Shown here piece by piece: positions 19,135 through 28,016 of a DNA stretch of 37,546 nucleotides. This stretch comes from Armatimonadota bacterium. GTDB taxonomy: Bacteria > Armatimonadota > Fimbriimonadia > Fimbriimonadales > Fimbriimonadaceae. The DNA lies in NCBI GenBank assembly GCA_043760685.1, contig JAYUOQ010000165.1, forward strand, positions 1-37,546, read 5' to 3'. Numbering within the stretch: the stretch's first letter is position 1; each line of letters opens with the position of its first letter. Under the pieces are notes generated by a model. That model did no database searches. It saw only the letters and a program-made list of their open reading frames with translations, and had not been told where the DNA came from. The position numbers and the translations under genes are program-made.

Positions 19135-19734
19135 GTGATTCTTGTCATCGACAACTACGACTCTTTTACATACAACTTGGTGCAATACCTTGGGCAGTGT
19201 GGTGCAGAAATCGTTGTTAAACGGAATGACGAGGTTTCGATCGAGGAAATTCGTGACATGAAGCCAGATGGCATCATGCTTTCCCCAGGTCCTTGTACGC
19301 CAAAAGACTCGAAAGTATGCCTCAATGTTTTAGATGCCGCCTTGAAGCAACAACCTGGCTTCACCATTCCAATATTTGGCGTGTGTCTTGGGCACCAGGC
19401 CATAGGAGAAGTAACTGGGGTGCCCGTTGTTGTGGCCGAGAAGATTATGCACGGCAAGGCCTCGCTGGTTCAGCACGACGGACAAGGAGTATTTAAGGGC
19501 ATGCCAACCCCATTTAGCGCCATTCGATATCATAGTCTCGTAATCGGAAAGTCGACGCCTCCGCCTGGGTTCATTGTTACGGCGAGATCGTTGGATGACG
19601 ACGAGATTATGGGTGTCCGGCATGAATCATTGCCAATTGAAGGTGTTCAATTTCATCCTGAGTCAGTGCTGACTGAGCAAGGGTTTACCATTGTCGAGAA
19701 CTTCTTCAATTCCACTAATGCAAGCTGTCCTTAA
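19135..19734 (+). CDS. trpG: Anthranilate/aminodeoxychorismate synthase component II (glutamine amidotransferase, TrpG/PabA)
   Basis: IDNYDSFTYNL, SPGPC, GVCLGHQ, RYHSL, GVQFHPES. Confidence 0.93.
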   Translation: MILVIDNYDSFTYNLVQYLGQCGAEIVVKRNDEVSIEEIRDMKPDGIMLSPGPCTPKDSKVCLNVLDAALKQQPGFTIPIFGVCLGHQAIGEVTGVPVVVAEKIMHGKASLVQHDGQGVFKGMPTPFSAIRYHSLVIGKSTPPPGFIVTARSLDDDEIMGVRHESLPIEGVQFHPESVLTEQGFTIVENFFNSTNASCP

Positions 19735-20194
19735 TCTGCCTTTTGATTGAATTTTTCGCCGTAATTCCATCGAGTGAAGACATTGAAACGACGACTTGAG
19801 ATTCACCTTCATTTCTGACTCGTACGGTAAATGTCTTATATCCTTTTTCAAATTGAACCGGCAGGTTGTAGGTTAATTCCCATCCTTTGCTGATCACGTC
19901 CTTGAATGTCGGAACCGTATCGGCGGTATCAAATGCAAGGCACTTCCCCATTTGCTTCTTTGCTTCGTCAAGTACGGTTTGGACTTGCTGTCGCGTGCCT
20001 TCCAACACTAGTGAGCTGGTGTCTTTGTTAGCGTAATGGTCCTTGATCAAATTATTGACGAACGCCTTGTTTCTTCCTATTTTTGAGGCTAATTCATCAA
20101 ACGATGACTTGCCAATGATCGCCATTGGCACAAGTAAACAAAGTGCTGATCCAATAATCCAAGCGAGCCACGGTTTCTTCTTTCGAGATTTCAC
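19715..20194 (-). CDS. Hypothetical membrane-anchored protein, paralog of 20244..20738
   Basis: Probable GTG start at 20194 (MKSRKKKPW, then a TM helix). Shares the FEKGxxxFTVxVxN motif with its neighbour. Confidence 0.65.
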   Translation of the reverse strand: MKSRKKKPWLAWIIGSALCLLVPMAIIGKSSFDELASKIGRNKAFVNNLIKDHYANKDTSSLVLEGTRQQVQTVLDEAKKQMGKCLAFDTADTVPTFKDVISKGWELTYNLPVQFEKGYKTFTVRVRNEGESQVVVSMSSLDGITAKNSIKRQIKDSLH

Positions 20195-20243
20195 TAACGA
20201 TAAGAAACAGTGGTCGAGTAACCAGAGTTCCAATTACCAGGAT

Positions 20244-20738
20244 TCAGGGCTTATTTGAATCCGGAGCCGCTGCCTTGTCAGGATCAAGGCTTATGGAAGT
20301 GATTTTCATCTGCTCTTTGAAGTTTTTGACCACGACAGTAAAAACACCATTGCCTTTCTCAAATTTTGCCTTTGCCGTTAACGAAACAAAAAAGCCTTGT
20401 CCGTTACCTTCATTGTTGGCTTTAAAAGCCTTTGTTCCCGTTGTTACCTCGCCTAATTCTACTAGTGGACCAAGGTTCTTTTTTAAGGTCGCAAAGAGCT
20501 TTCTTGTTTCCTCTCGCTTCTCAGGAGTGTTGAAGGAATCATCGGCGAACTTAGAAAACTCATTCTCATCCCAGTTCTTCGTGGTGCTCTTGAGGACATT
20601 GGCGACAAAAACCTGGTCTTTCGACACGGTTTCCATTATCTTCCCGGTAGCAGTTTTGAAGAAAAAGAAGATCCCTGTACAGCAAATTACTAAAAGGGCA
20701 AGGAACACCGCAAGACCAATGCCAACCTTTTTATTCAT
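20244..20738 (-). CDS. Hypothetical membrane-anchored protein (DUF4019/DUF3887-like)
   Basis: N-terminal TM with CC; LKKNLG...AKFEKG pattern. The DUF label is tentative. Confidence 0.7.
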   Translation of the reverse strand: MNKKVGIGLAVFLALLVICCTGIFFFFKTATGKIMETVSKDQVFVANVLKSTTKNWDENEFSKFADDSFNTPEKREETRKLFATLKKNLGPLVELGEVTTGTKAFKANNEGNGQGFFVSLTAKAKFEKGNGVFTVVVKNFKEQMKITSISLDPDKAAAPDSNKP

Positions 20739-20759
20739 CGCAATCCTTCTTTCCGCGGT

Positions 20760-22457
20760 TTAGTCCGTTACTTTCTTAGCTTCTTCAATGTTGATGTTGG
20801 TTGGAATACGGAAAATGAAGTCTGAACCCTTGTTGAGGTCCGATTCAACCCAGATTTTTCCAAAATGAACATTCTCAACTAGGTGTTTGACCAAGAAAAG
20901 ACCAAGACCTGTTCCATAAATTCGTCGGTTATCTTCGTTATTAACTCGGTGAAACCTTTCAAATACTTTTTGGAGATGATCCTTTGGAATCCCAAGTCCT
21001 TGATCCTTGACTCCGATGACCAAAGTTTCGCCTTCTTGCTTCGCATGAATGACAATATCTCCACCATTTGGTGAGTACTTGATTGCATTGTTAAGAAGAT
21101 TGGTCAAGATTTGATCCATCTTGTCTTCGTCTCCAACGATCAGGTCTGGAAGTTCGCCCTTAACATCGAGTTTAATAATGTGCTTATGCGTTGCTTGCTG
21201 TTGAACTTTCTGAGCCTTGTCAAGAAGAGTCTTCATGTCAACATGCGTGTAGTTTGGCTTCAGCGACTCGCCGGCTTCGATTCGGCTCGTGTTAAGAAGG
21301 TCGTCAATAAGTCTTCGTAACCTGTCACATTCGCCAACAACAATGCCAAGGAATTCTCTCTGATCGGCCTTGTCATAAAGTTCGTCGTCAAGACCATCGA
21401 GCAATGTACTGGAAAAGCCCTTGATTGCCGTGAGCGGTGTTCGAAGTTCGTGGGAAGCCATGGCAACGAAACTCGATTTCATTCGATCAATATTTCGAAT
21501 TTCAGTTACGTCAGCGAGAATCGCGACAACTCCAATTCCCTTTCCGTCCTGTCCGAGAACAGAGGCAAATTGTGATTCATAAATTCGCTCGAAACCACCA
21601 AGAGTCAAATGAGTTTCAACCTTTCCTGGTTCGGCACCGTCCAGTGACTTTTCGATTGCCCCTAGAAACGCCGTGTCTTTTACAATATCTTCGAGGTTCT
21701 TGCCAAGACTATCGGCAGGGGCCTGAAAAATAGCTCGAGCGGTTGCGTTGATCTGAAGAAGGCGTCGATCAGTAGAAACCAACATTAGACCAGCCGTCAG
21801 CGACTCAAAAGTCTGAGCCAATTCTTCTTTTTCTTCAACGATCTCTCGATACATTTGAAGGTTGGCGATGATTGATCCGACATTACGCGCCATTCGCTCA
21901 AGCAATCGGACATCTTCATCATTAAATTCTTCGTTATGCTTTTTGTTGAAAGCGTGAAGAACACCGATCATGCTCTTTTCAATGACTCGGTTTTCATCGT
22001 CGCGCTTTTCAATAACCAGTGGAACGCAGACTCCGTTCACAACATGCATAAGACCGAACGGTTCCTCTCGCGCTTCTGGAATTGCTTCAATATCTTGGTA
22101 GATGATTGGCTCGCCATCTCGGAAGACTTTTCCGGAAACTCCATGGGTTGCTCTCACTTTGAACGCGTTGAGATGAACTTCATCGACACCAAATGCGGGG
22201 GGGATTCCTTTCAGATCGCCCATTTCTCGGTCATGGAACATGATCACGATCTTTTCGGCTTGAAGAATCATCGCAATTCGTTGGACCAATCTTCGGAGAG
22301 TGACATCAGCCTGATCAATCGGCGTAACGTCAACTTGCTGTTCCATCTTCGAAGCAGAAGGGATGTTCTTATCCGTTTCAAGTTCGCTAATGCGGAGTTT
22401 GAGTCGCTCTATCTCTCCTTGAAGCTCACGATTTTTGTCTTGAAAATCTTCCGCCAT
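20760..22457 (-). CDS. Cytoplasmic sensor histidine kinase (coiled coil-GAF-PAS-HisKA-HATPase)
   Basis: H box ASHELRTPLT, N box NLLNNAIKYS, G boxes DQGLGI and GTGLGL; GAF FNK...FNDED; no TM segment. Confidence 0.93.
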   Translation of the reverse strand: MAEDFQDKNRELQGEIERLKLRISELETDKNIPSASKMEQQVDVTPIDQADVTLRRLVQRIAMILQAEKIVIMFHDREMGDLKGIPPAFGVDEVHLNAFKVRATHGVSGKVFRDGEPIIYQDIEAIPEAREEPFGLMHVVNGVCVPLVIEKRDDENRVIEKSMIGVLHAFNKKHNEEFNDEDVRLLERMARNVGSIIANLQMYREIVEEKEELAQTFESLTAGLMLVSTDRRLLQINATARAIFQAPADSLGKNLEDIVKDTAFLGAIEKSLDGAEPGKVETHLTLGGFERIYESQFASVLGQDGKGIGVVAILADVTEIRNIDRMKSSFVAMASHELRTPLTAIKGFSSTLLDGLDDELYDKADQREFLGIVVGECDRLRRLIDDLLNTSRIEAGESLKPNYTHVDMKTLLDKAQKVQQQATHKHIIKLDVKGELPDLIVGDEDKMDQILTNLLNNAIKYSPNGGDIVIHAKQEGETLVIGVKDQGLGIPKDHLQKVFERFHRVNNEDNRRIYGTGLGLFLVKHLVENVHFGKIWVESDLNKGSDFIFRIPTNINIEEAKKVTD

Positions 22458-22551
22458 TTCCGAATATTCCTCTAAAAAAGTCACTGAACGTGGTTCAATG
22501 AATAACCCTATAAGTATGACCTTTTCTCGACCATAAATGTTGTGATCTACG

Positions 22552-23217
22552 ATGGCATCCGAACGCGAACTATTGCCTTTATTTCCGTTGAACTTGGTTC
22601 TCTTCCCAAATTCAAGGACTCAGCTTCATATTTTTGAGCAAAGATACCGGCTTATGATCGAGTCCTGCCTTGAGCGTAACCTTCCATTTGGCATTGCTTT
22701 AATCCGCTCCGAAGGCGAACCTGGGGAAGCATCGGAACCCTATTTGGTTGGGACGAAAGCCAGAATTCTCGACGTTCATCGATATGATGATGGTCGATAT
22801 GATCTGACGGTCGAAGGAGTAGAGCGATTTCGAATTCGAGAATTTGACTTTGAGGCTCCATTTTTACGAGGAACCATTGAAAATCTTTCTGAACTTGAAG
22901 AGGAAGATCATGAGCATCTGTTTGAATTGTGTGTTGAGGCCCGAAACCTAGCCGAGTTGTTGCTCAAGGAACATGTTGACAATCAAGAATTTGCCATAAA
23001 AGTTCTGTTTCCCGAGGATCCCGAGCAGCTTTCGTTTGCGATTGCGAACATGTTGGATTTCTCCCCTATTCGGAAGCAGTTCTTCCTCGAGCTTGTGGAA
23101 ACGTCTGTGCGGCTCGAATATTTGATTGAAGTACTTCGGGAGCTTTCAAAAAGCATCGTGAGTCCATTGCGAAAGTTGACTGCAGACGATCTCCGTGACT
23201 GGATAACACCTAACTAA
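22552..23217 (+). CDS. LON peptidase substrate-binding (LON N-terminal) domain protein
   Basis: LPLFPLNLVLFP, LHIFEQRYRLM, DDGRY...G..RFRI. No AAA or protease domain. Confidence 0.9.
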   Translation: MASERELLPLFPLNLVLFPNSRTQLHIFEQRYRLMIESCLERNLPFGIALIRSEGEPGEASEPYLVGTKARILDVHRYDDGRYDLTVEGVERFRIREFDFEAPFLRGTIENLSELEEEDHEHLFELCVEARNLAELLLKEHVDNQEFAIKVLFPEDPEQLSFAIANMLDFSPIRKQFFLELVETSVRLEYLIEVLRELSKSIVSPLRKLTADDLRDWITPN

Positions 23218-23256
23218 TAATATTAGTCGAAATCAGCATTTTTTTTCCATTACTTT

Positions 23257-23276
23257 GTCATATTGTCAAATATGAC
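23257..23276. promoter_or_regulatory. Palindromic operator-like site
   Basis: GTCATATT-gtca-AATATGAC perfect inverted repeat in the AT-rich spacer upstream of the lyase gene. Confidence 0.45.
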
Positions 23277-23309
23277 TAATTTGTTGGATTAAGAATCAAT
23301 AATTATACT

Positions 23310-24488
23310 ATGAATCGTAAATTCACAAATTTTGGAATTGGTCATGTAAATCCTCCGATTTCAGACTCTGCAATGTATGAGTTTGATACGGGCGCCCAAA
23401 TGACCGAAATGTTTGAGACTGGAATTGCTGGACGCTACCTCTATGGCCGACACTTAAGTCCTTCAAACCATATGCTCGCCGAAGAGCTTGCTAAGCTTGA
23501 AAGAACCGAATCTGCCTGCGTGATGGCGACAGGAATGGGTGCCATTTCATGTGTGGTTATGCAGATTTGTCAGGCTGGCGACGAGATTGTTGCCAGTCGA
23601 ACCGTTTACGGAGGAACTTACGCCCTCTTTGCCAACTTGCTACCAAAATTTGGGATAAGGACGAACTTTGTCAATATGAATGACTTGGACGAGGTTCGAC
23701 GCTCCATTACTGACAAAACCAAGATCCTTTACTGTGAGACTCTTAGCAACCCGTTGCTTGCGTGTCCTGACTTGGTTGCTTTAAGCAAACTTTGCAAAGC
23801 TCAAGGAATCAAACTTGTTGTTGATAACACGTTTACGCCGGTTATTGTTCACCCGGCTATGCTCGGTGCTGACATAGTTGTTCACAGCTTGACCAAATAC
23901 ATTAATGGCATGGGTGATCACCTTGGCGGTGCGGTTTGCGCTTCAAGCGAGTTCGTTGCTTCATTGCTAGACGTCAACACGGGGAGTTCTATGTTGCTCG
24001 GTCCGACAATGGATGCTCAGGTTTCAGCCTCTATTCGCAAGAACCTCCAGACCCTGCCGGTTCGGATCAAGCAGCACTCTGAGAATGCCTTAACTGTTTC
24101 GAGGAAACTTCAGGAGAACGGCTACTCCGTTGTGTATCCGGGATTGCCTTCTCATCCCGACCACGTTAGATTTTCCGAAGTTGCTGATCCTGCTTTTGGT
24201 AGTGGCGCAGTTTTTACTCTAGACTGTCGAGATCGAGAAACTGCCGACCTATTTATGCAAGAACTCGTGCGGAGAGAAATTGGTCATTTAGCGGTTTCCT
24301 TGGGATTTGTGCAAACGCTCTTTTCGATGCCTGCGTGTAGCACATCTTCGGAGATTCCCGAAGATGAGAGGACCAGAATGGGTTTAAGTATGGGCTTCGT
24401 CCGATTTTCGGTTGGAGTTGAGCCAGACAGTGAACTGCTGGCGAACCAGATAGTGGATGTTGCGAACAAGATAATGAAGGGGCTATAG
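23310..24488 (+). CDS. Cys/Met metabolism PLP-dependent lyase, methionine gamma-lyase-like
   Basis: ATGMGAI, YGGT, ETLSNP, VDNTF, HSLTK (PLP lysine), AVSLG. Confidence 0.88.
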   Translation: MNRKFTNFGIGHVNPPISDSAMYEFDTGAQMTEMFETGIAGRYLYGRHLSPSNHMLAEELAKLERTESACVMATGMGAISCVVMQICQAGDEIVASRTVYGGTYALFANLLPKFGIRTNFVNMNDLDEVRRSITDKTKILYCETLSNPLLACPDLVALSKLCKAQGIKLVVDNTFTPVIVHPAMLGADIVVHSLTKYINGMGDHLGGAVCASSEFVASLLDVNTGSSMLLGPTMDAQVSASIRKNLQTLPVRIKQHSENALTVSRKLQENGYSVVYPGLPSHPDHVRFSEVADPAFGSGAVFTLDCRDRETADLFMQELVRREIGHLAVSLGFVQTLFSMPACSTSSEIPEDERTRMGLSMGFVRFSVGVEPDSELLANQIVDVANKIMKGL

Positions 24489-25640
24489 CGGCTTTGCGGT
24501 CACTTCAAAGAGGCGAACCACCTTATCTTGGCCGCTTGCTGCCAACCTTGTTCCGTCTGCGCTGAACGCTACACAGCAAATTGGGCGGCTGCTTGCCTCT
24601 AAGCGAACGTTTCCGATCCCTTTTGCGGCATTCCACAATCCAATTGTTCCGTCTCGCGAGGCAGAAGCAAAAAGCCAACCATTAGGGTGAAATGCGAGAG
24701 CTTCGATTGGTCGCTCATGACCATACAACATTTTGATGAGCTGTCCGGTGTCGAGGTTAAATACTCGGATGCTGAGATCGACTCCGGCGACAGCAATGTA
24801 TCGGTTATCCGAGCTAAACGCAATCGCAGTAACGACCGATCGAAGTTTTTCGATTGTCCTGAGCCATTTTCCGCCTTTCGCTTCTCTGATGGCAACTTTT
24901 GCGTCGGCAGTTCCCGACGCAAGAAACTTTCCATCTGGACTAAACGCCACTGCGGTAACACTTGAGTTCTCAGTTCTCAGCGAGAAGCGGGCTGACCCCG
25001 TCGTAGAATCGCTTACTCTGAGGTGATGGTGAATTGAACCCGCTGCGACCGAATTTCCGTCTCCCGAAATTGCAAGGCAACTAACCCATTCTTCGTGAAC
25101 CCCGCGCCAAGAAGTGACAGTCTCGTTTTCTAAACACCAGACATTTACTTGACTATCGTTACTTCCGGCAGCCACGACCTTATCTTCGGCAAATGCCTTG
25201 AGGACAGAGACGCTTCCCGATTCAAGTTTTGTTTGGCGAGACTTTTCCCCGGTTTGCGCCCACCAAATGAGCTCGTTGTCAAAGCCAACTGAAATCAAGT
25301 GCCCTGAATCAGGGGCGAAGGACACTCCATAAACTGGGGTCTTGTGCCCATATAGTCGCTTGATCAGCTTGATGCGAACGGGGTTCTTTGGTGAGTGTTG
25401 CTGAATAGTTTCTCGAACAGCACCAGCCAAGACGGCGTCGTACTCTTCCCTTCGCGCTTCGTCCATAAGCGTTTCAAACGCTTCATTGATGCGCGTCATA
25501 TCGTCGTGAGCGTCAGGAGAGTCGCTTACGTCGGGATGATGCTTTTGGGCGAGCCGACGATATGCTTTTCGTATCGTGTCAGTATCGGCTGCGGACCCCA
25601 CACCAAGAGTTTCATAGTGGGTCGGCGCGGAAGTGATCAA
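24483..25640 (-). CDS. DnaJ domain plus WD40 seven-blade propeller protein
   Basis: HYETLGV...IRKAYRRLAQKHHPD...INEAF J-domain, followed by seven WD40-like repeats. Confidence 0.9.
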   Translation of the reverse strand: MITSAPTHYETLGVGSAADTDTIRKAYRRLAQKHHPDVSDSPDAHDDMTRINEAFETLMDEARREEYDAVLAGAVRETIQQHSPKNPVRIKLIKRLYGHKTPVYGVSFAPDSGHLISVGFDNELIWWAQTGEKSRQTKLESGSVSVLKAFAEDKVVAAGSNDSQVNVWCLENETVTSWRGVHEEWVSCLAISGDGNSVAAGSIHHHLRVSDSTTGSARFSLRTENSSVTAVAFSPDGKFLASGTADAKVAIREAKGGKWLRTIEKLRSVVTAIAFSSDNRYIAVAGVDLSIRVFNLDTGQLIKMLYGHERPIEALAFHPNGWLFASASRDGTIGLWNAAKGIGNVRLEASSRPICCVAFSADGTRLAASGQDKVVRLFEVTAKPL

Positions 25641-25678
25641 TTGTTGATCTCAGGTTCAATTATGGCTGAAAAGAGGCG

Positions 25679-25715
25679 AAAAAATAAAGCCTCAAGCATT
25701 GCTTGAGGCTTTATT
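25679..25715 (-). terminator. Intrinsic terminator after PEP-CTERM gene
   Basis: Perfect inverted repeat AATAAAGCCTCAAGCA/TGCTTGAGGCTTTATT; the A run gives a U tract on the minus strand. Confidence 0.88.
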
Positions 25716-25734
25716 AGCAGGTTTAACCGTAGTC

Positions 25735-26517
25735 TTACTTGCTTGACTTTCGTCGTCGAGCAACGAGGCCAATTAGACCAAGGCCGATGACAGCGAAGGA
25801 AGCAGGTTCTGGCACAGCGGTCAAAGCCCAACCATAATTAGCTTTAGGATTGGCGGTGAACGGTGAAGTTCTTAGAGTTCCTGCTGGATTGCTTGCCAAA
25901 AAGCTACCAGGAGCACTTGTCAAGAAGTCAGCGTCTGCACTTGAACCAACAGTCGGCGCATCAAAAAGACCTTGCCCAAGGTTGTTTAGGTTTGCCGTGG
26001 TTGCTGTTGCGCCGACATTGTCAAATGTCATGCCAGCCCAAATCTTTCCGCTTGCTGGGACTAAGAAAGGGGTAGTCGAGACATTTGCAGTGAAGAGGCC
26101 AACTGATCCCGCAGTAAAGCTAATTGGAGCGAATGAGAAGCCAGAAATGATTGTTCCTGGTGCTCCGCCTGCTCCGTCTGCGGCATAGAATCGGACGCGA
26201 GCTCGTGCCGTGAATGTTGCAGTATCCAAGTTTGATACTGAGAAAGTAAATCCTTCGATCAGAGTATTTGGCGTAAGGGTTAGCAAATCATCGGCCAACA
26301 AATTGGTGATTGTTGAAGTGGCTCCACCGTTACTCGCTGCAAAACCAGAGAAAGTTGTAATGTTCGAGTAGCTCGCATCATCTTGGACCCCAAATCCTGT
26401 ATTGGCCTTGGTACCGATTGCACCTTGCCAAATTTGCGTAGCCGAAGCGTTCATATCTTGGGCAAATGCCGATGTTGTGGCGACCAAAAGTACGCCCAAA
26501 GTAGTCAATTTCTTCAT
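25735..26517 (-). CDS. PEP-CTERM sorting domain protein
   Basis: Signal peptide MKKL...SAFA-Q and GGAG RBS. Ala/Thr/Ser/Gly-rich body. C-terminus VPEPASF-TM-RRRK. Confidence 0.92.
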   Translation of the reverse strand: MKKLTTLGVLLVATTSAFAQDMNASATQIWQGAIGTKANTGFGVQDDASYSNITTFSGFAASNGGATSTITNLLADDLLTLTPNTLIEGFTFSVSNLDTATFTARARVRFYAADGAGGAPGTIISGFSFAPISFTAGSVGLFTANVSTTPFLVPASGKIWAGMTFDNVGATATTANLNNLGQGLFDAPTVGSSADADFLTSAPGSFLASNPAGTLRTSPFTANPKANYGWALTAVPEPASFAVIGLGLIGLVARRRKSSK

Positions 26518-26635
26518 AAAAGCTCTCCAAAAACGATTGAGCAACATCGCTCAAAACGAAATACTGATAGCTGAGTATATCAAAAACCTGACAATGTTTG
26601 TGAGGTTTTGGCGAAACCAGTAATAATGCCAGGTC

Positions 26636-27982
26636 CTATTTTCGAATGATTGACAGCAACTCCACGGTCTTGGCTTTCATCAGTTCTGCGTCGCCTCGTG
26701 TTTCCACATTGAGCCGAATGACTGGTTCAGTATTGGAACCCCTAAGGTTAAATCGCCAATTTGGATATTCAATGGAAAGTCCATCGATTCGGTCGATGGT
26801 TCCACCTTCGGCGTACAATTCCTCAACCCGTTTGAGAACTATAGGGACATCCGTAACCGTTGAGTTCACTTCGCCAGAGCACGGATAGTTGCTGACCATC
26901 TCTCGCACGAGGTCACCGAGCGACCGTCCGGTATCGGAAACAAGCTTAGCGATGAGCAAGAATGGAATCATTCCACTATCGCAGTACCAATGCTGCTTGA
27001 AATAGTGGTGAGCACTCATTTCGCCGCCGTAGGTCGCGTCTTCTGCTCGCATCTTCTCTTTGATGAAGGCGTGTCCACTCTTGCAAATGACCGCCCTTCC
27101 ACCCAGCTTCTCCACGAGGTCAAGCGTATTCCAGGTCAGGCGAGGATCGTAAATGATGGTCTGGTTTGGATCGTCTTTAAGAATTGATTGGGCGAGAAGT
27201 CCAACGATGTAGTACCCCTCAATGAAATCGCCGTGTTCATCGAAGAAGAAGCAGCGATCATAGTCGCCATCCCAAGCGACACCAAAGTCAAAGCTCTCAC
27301 GGTGCATGAGGGCAACTGTTTCGGCACGTGATTCTTCAAGAATCGGGTTTGGAACTCCGTTTGGAAAGTTGCCGTCCGGTTCAAAAAGACGCCTGGTTAC
27401 TTCTAACGGAAGGTGAGGAAGTAATTGTTCGAGTGCTACTCCGGCAGCACCGTTTCCGACATCGCAAAGCACTTTAAGTGGCTTTAGCGAGCTTGGTGAG
27501 ACGATGCCGAGAAGATGTTGGACAAAGTCTTCGTAAACGTCTTGGTCAACTCTGGTTCCTGTTCCAGTCTTTTCCCATTTCTGTTCAAATGCTCGTCGCT
27601 CCATTTCGAGCAAGCCGGTATCAGACGAAACCGGACGGCTCTCTTGTCGGACCATTTTAAGTCCGTTGTACTGAGGAGGATTATGGCTAGCGGTGATCAT
27701 GCATCCGCCGTCATAGCCATAGAATGCGGTGGCGAAGTACACCATTTCGGTGCCAACCATTCCGAGGTGGACGACGTCGACTCCGGCATCGTTCAGACCA
27801 CGAGCAAAAGCATCATAAAGATCGGGACCGGAAAGGCGAATGTCATATCCGATACAGACGGTTTTTGGTCCAAGCTCATCGGCGTAGGCTCTACCAATGT
27901 TGTAGGCCAGTTCCGGGTTCAACTCGGTGGGTACAACCCCACGGACGTCGTAAGCTTTGAACGCAGGAAAATACTTGCCCAT
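26636..27982 (-). CDS. manB: Phosphomannomutase/phosphoglucomutase (CpsG/ManB type)
   Basis: FKAYDVRG, TASHNP, DGDYDR, GGEMSAH, RGSNTEP. Confidence 0.93.
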   Translation of the reverse strand: MGKYFPAFKAYDVRGVVPTELNPELAYNIGRAYADELGPKTVCIGYDIRLSGPDLYDAFARGLNDAGVDVVHLGMVGTEMVYFATAFYGYDGGCMITASHNPPQYNGLKMVRQESRPVSSDTGLLEMERRAFEQKWEKTGTGTRVDQDVYEDFVQHLLGIVSPSSLKPLKVLCDVGNGAAGVALEQLLPHLPLEVTRRLFEPDGNFPNGVPNPILEESRAETVALMHRESFDFGVAWDGDYDRCFFFDEHGDFIEGYYIVGLLAQSILKDDPNQTIIYDPRLTWNTLDLVEKLGGRAVICKSGHAFIKEKMRAEDATYGGEMSAHHYFKQHWYCDSGMIPFLLIAKLVSDTGRSLGDLVREMVSNYPCSGEVNSTVTDVPIVLKRVEELYAEGGTIDRIDGLSIEYPNWRFNLRGSNTEPVIRLNVETRGDAELMKAKTVELLSIIRK

Positions 27983-28016
27983 TTATCCTATGGTTTTACC
28001 GCAAACGCAGGCAAAG

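Noticed and set aside
26583-26609. Imperfect hairpin AAAACCT/AGGTTTT after manB
   Set aside because: Weak, AT-rich and mismatched; I cannot distinguish terminator from operator or chance.
26616-26633. Possible sigma-54 promoter (TGGCA) upstream of the PEP-CTERM gene
   Set aside because: The -12 position reads CTGG, not TTGC. A sigma-70-type extended -10 is present instead.
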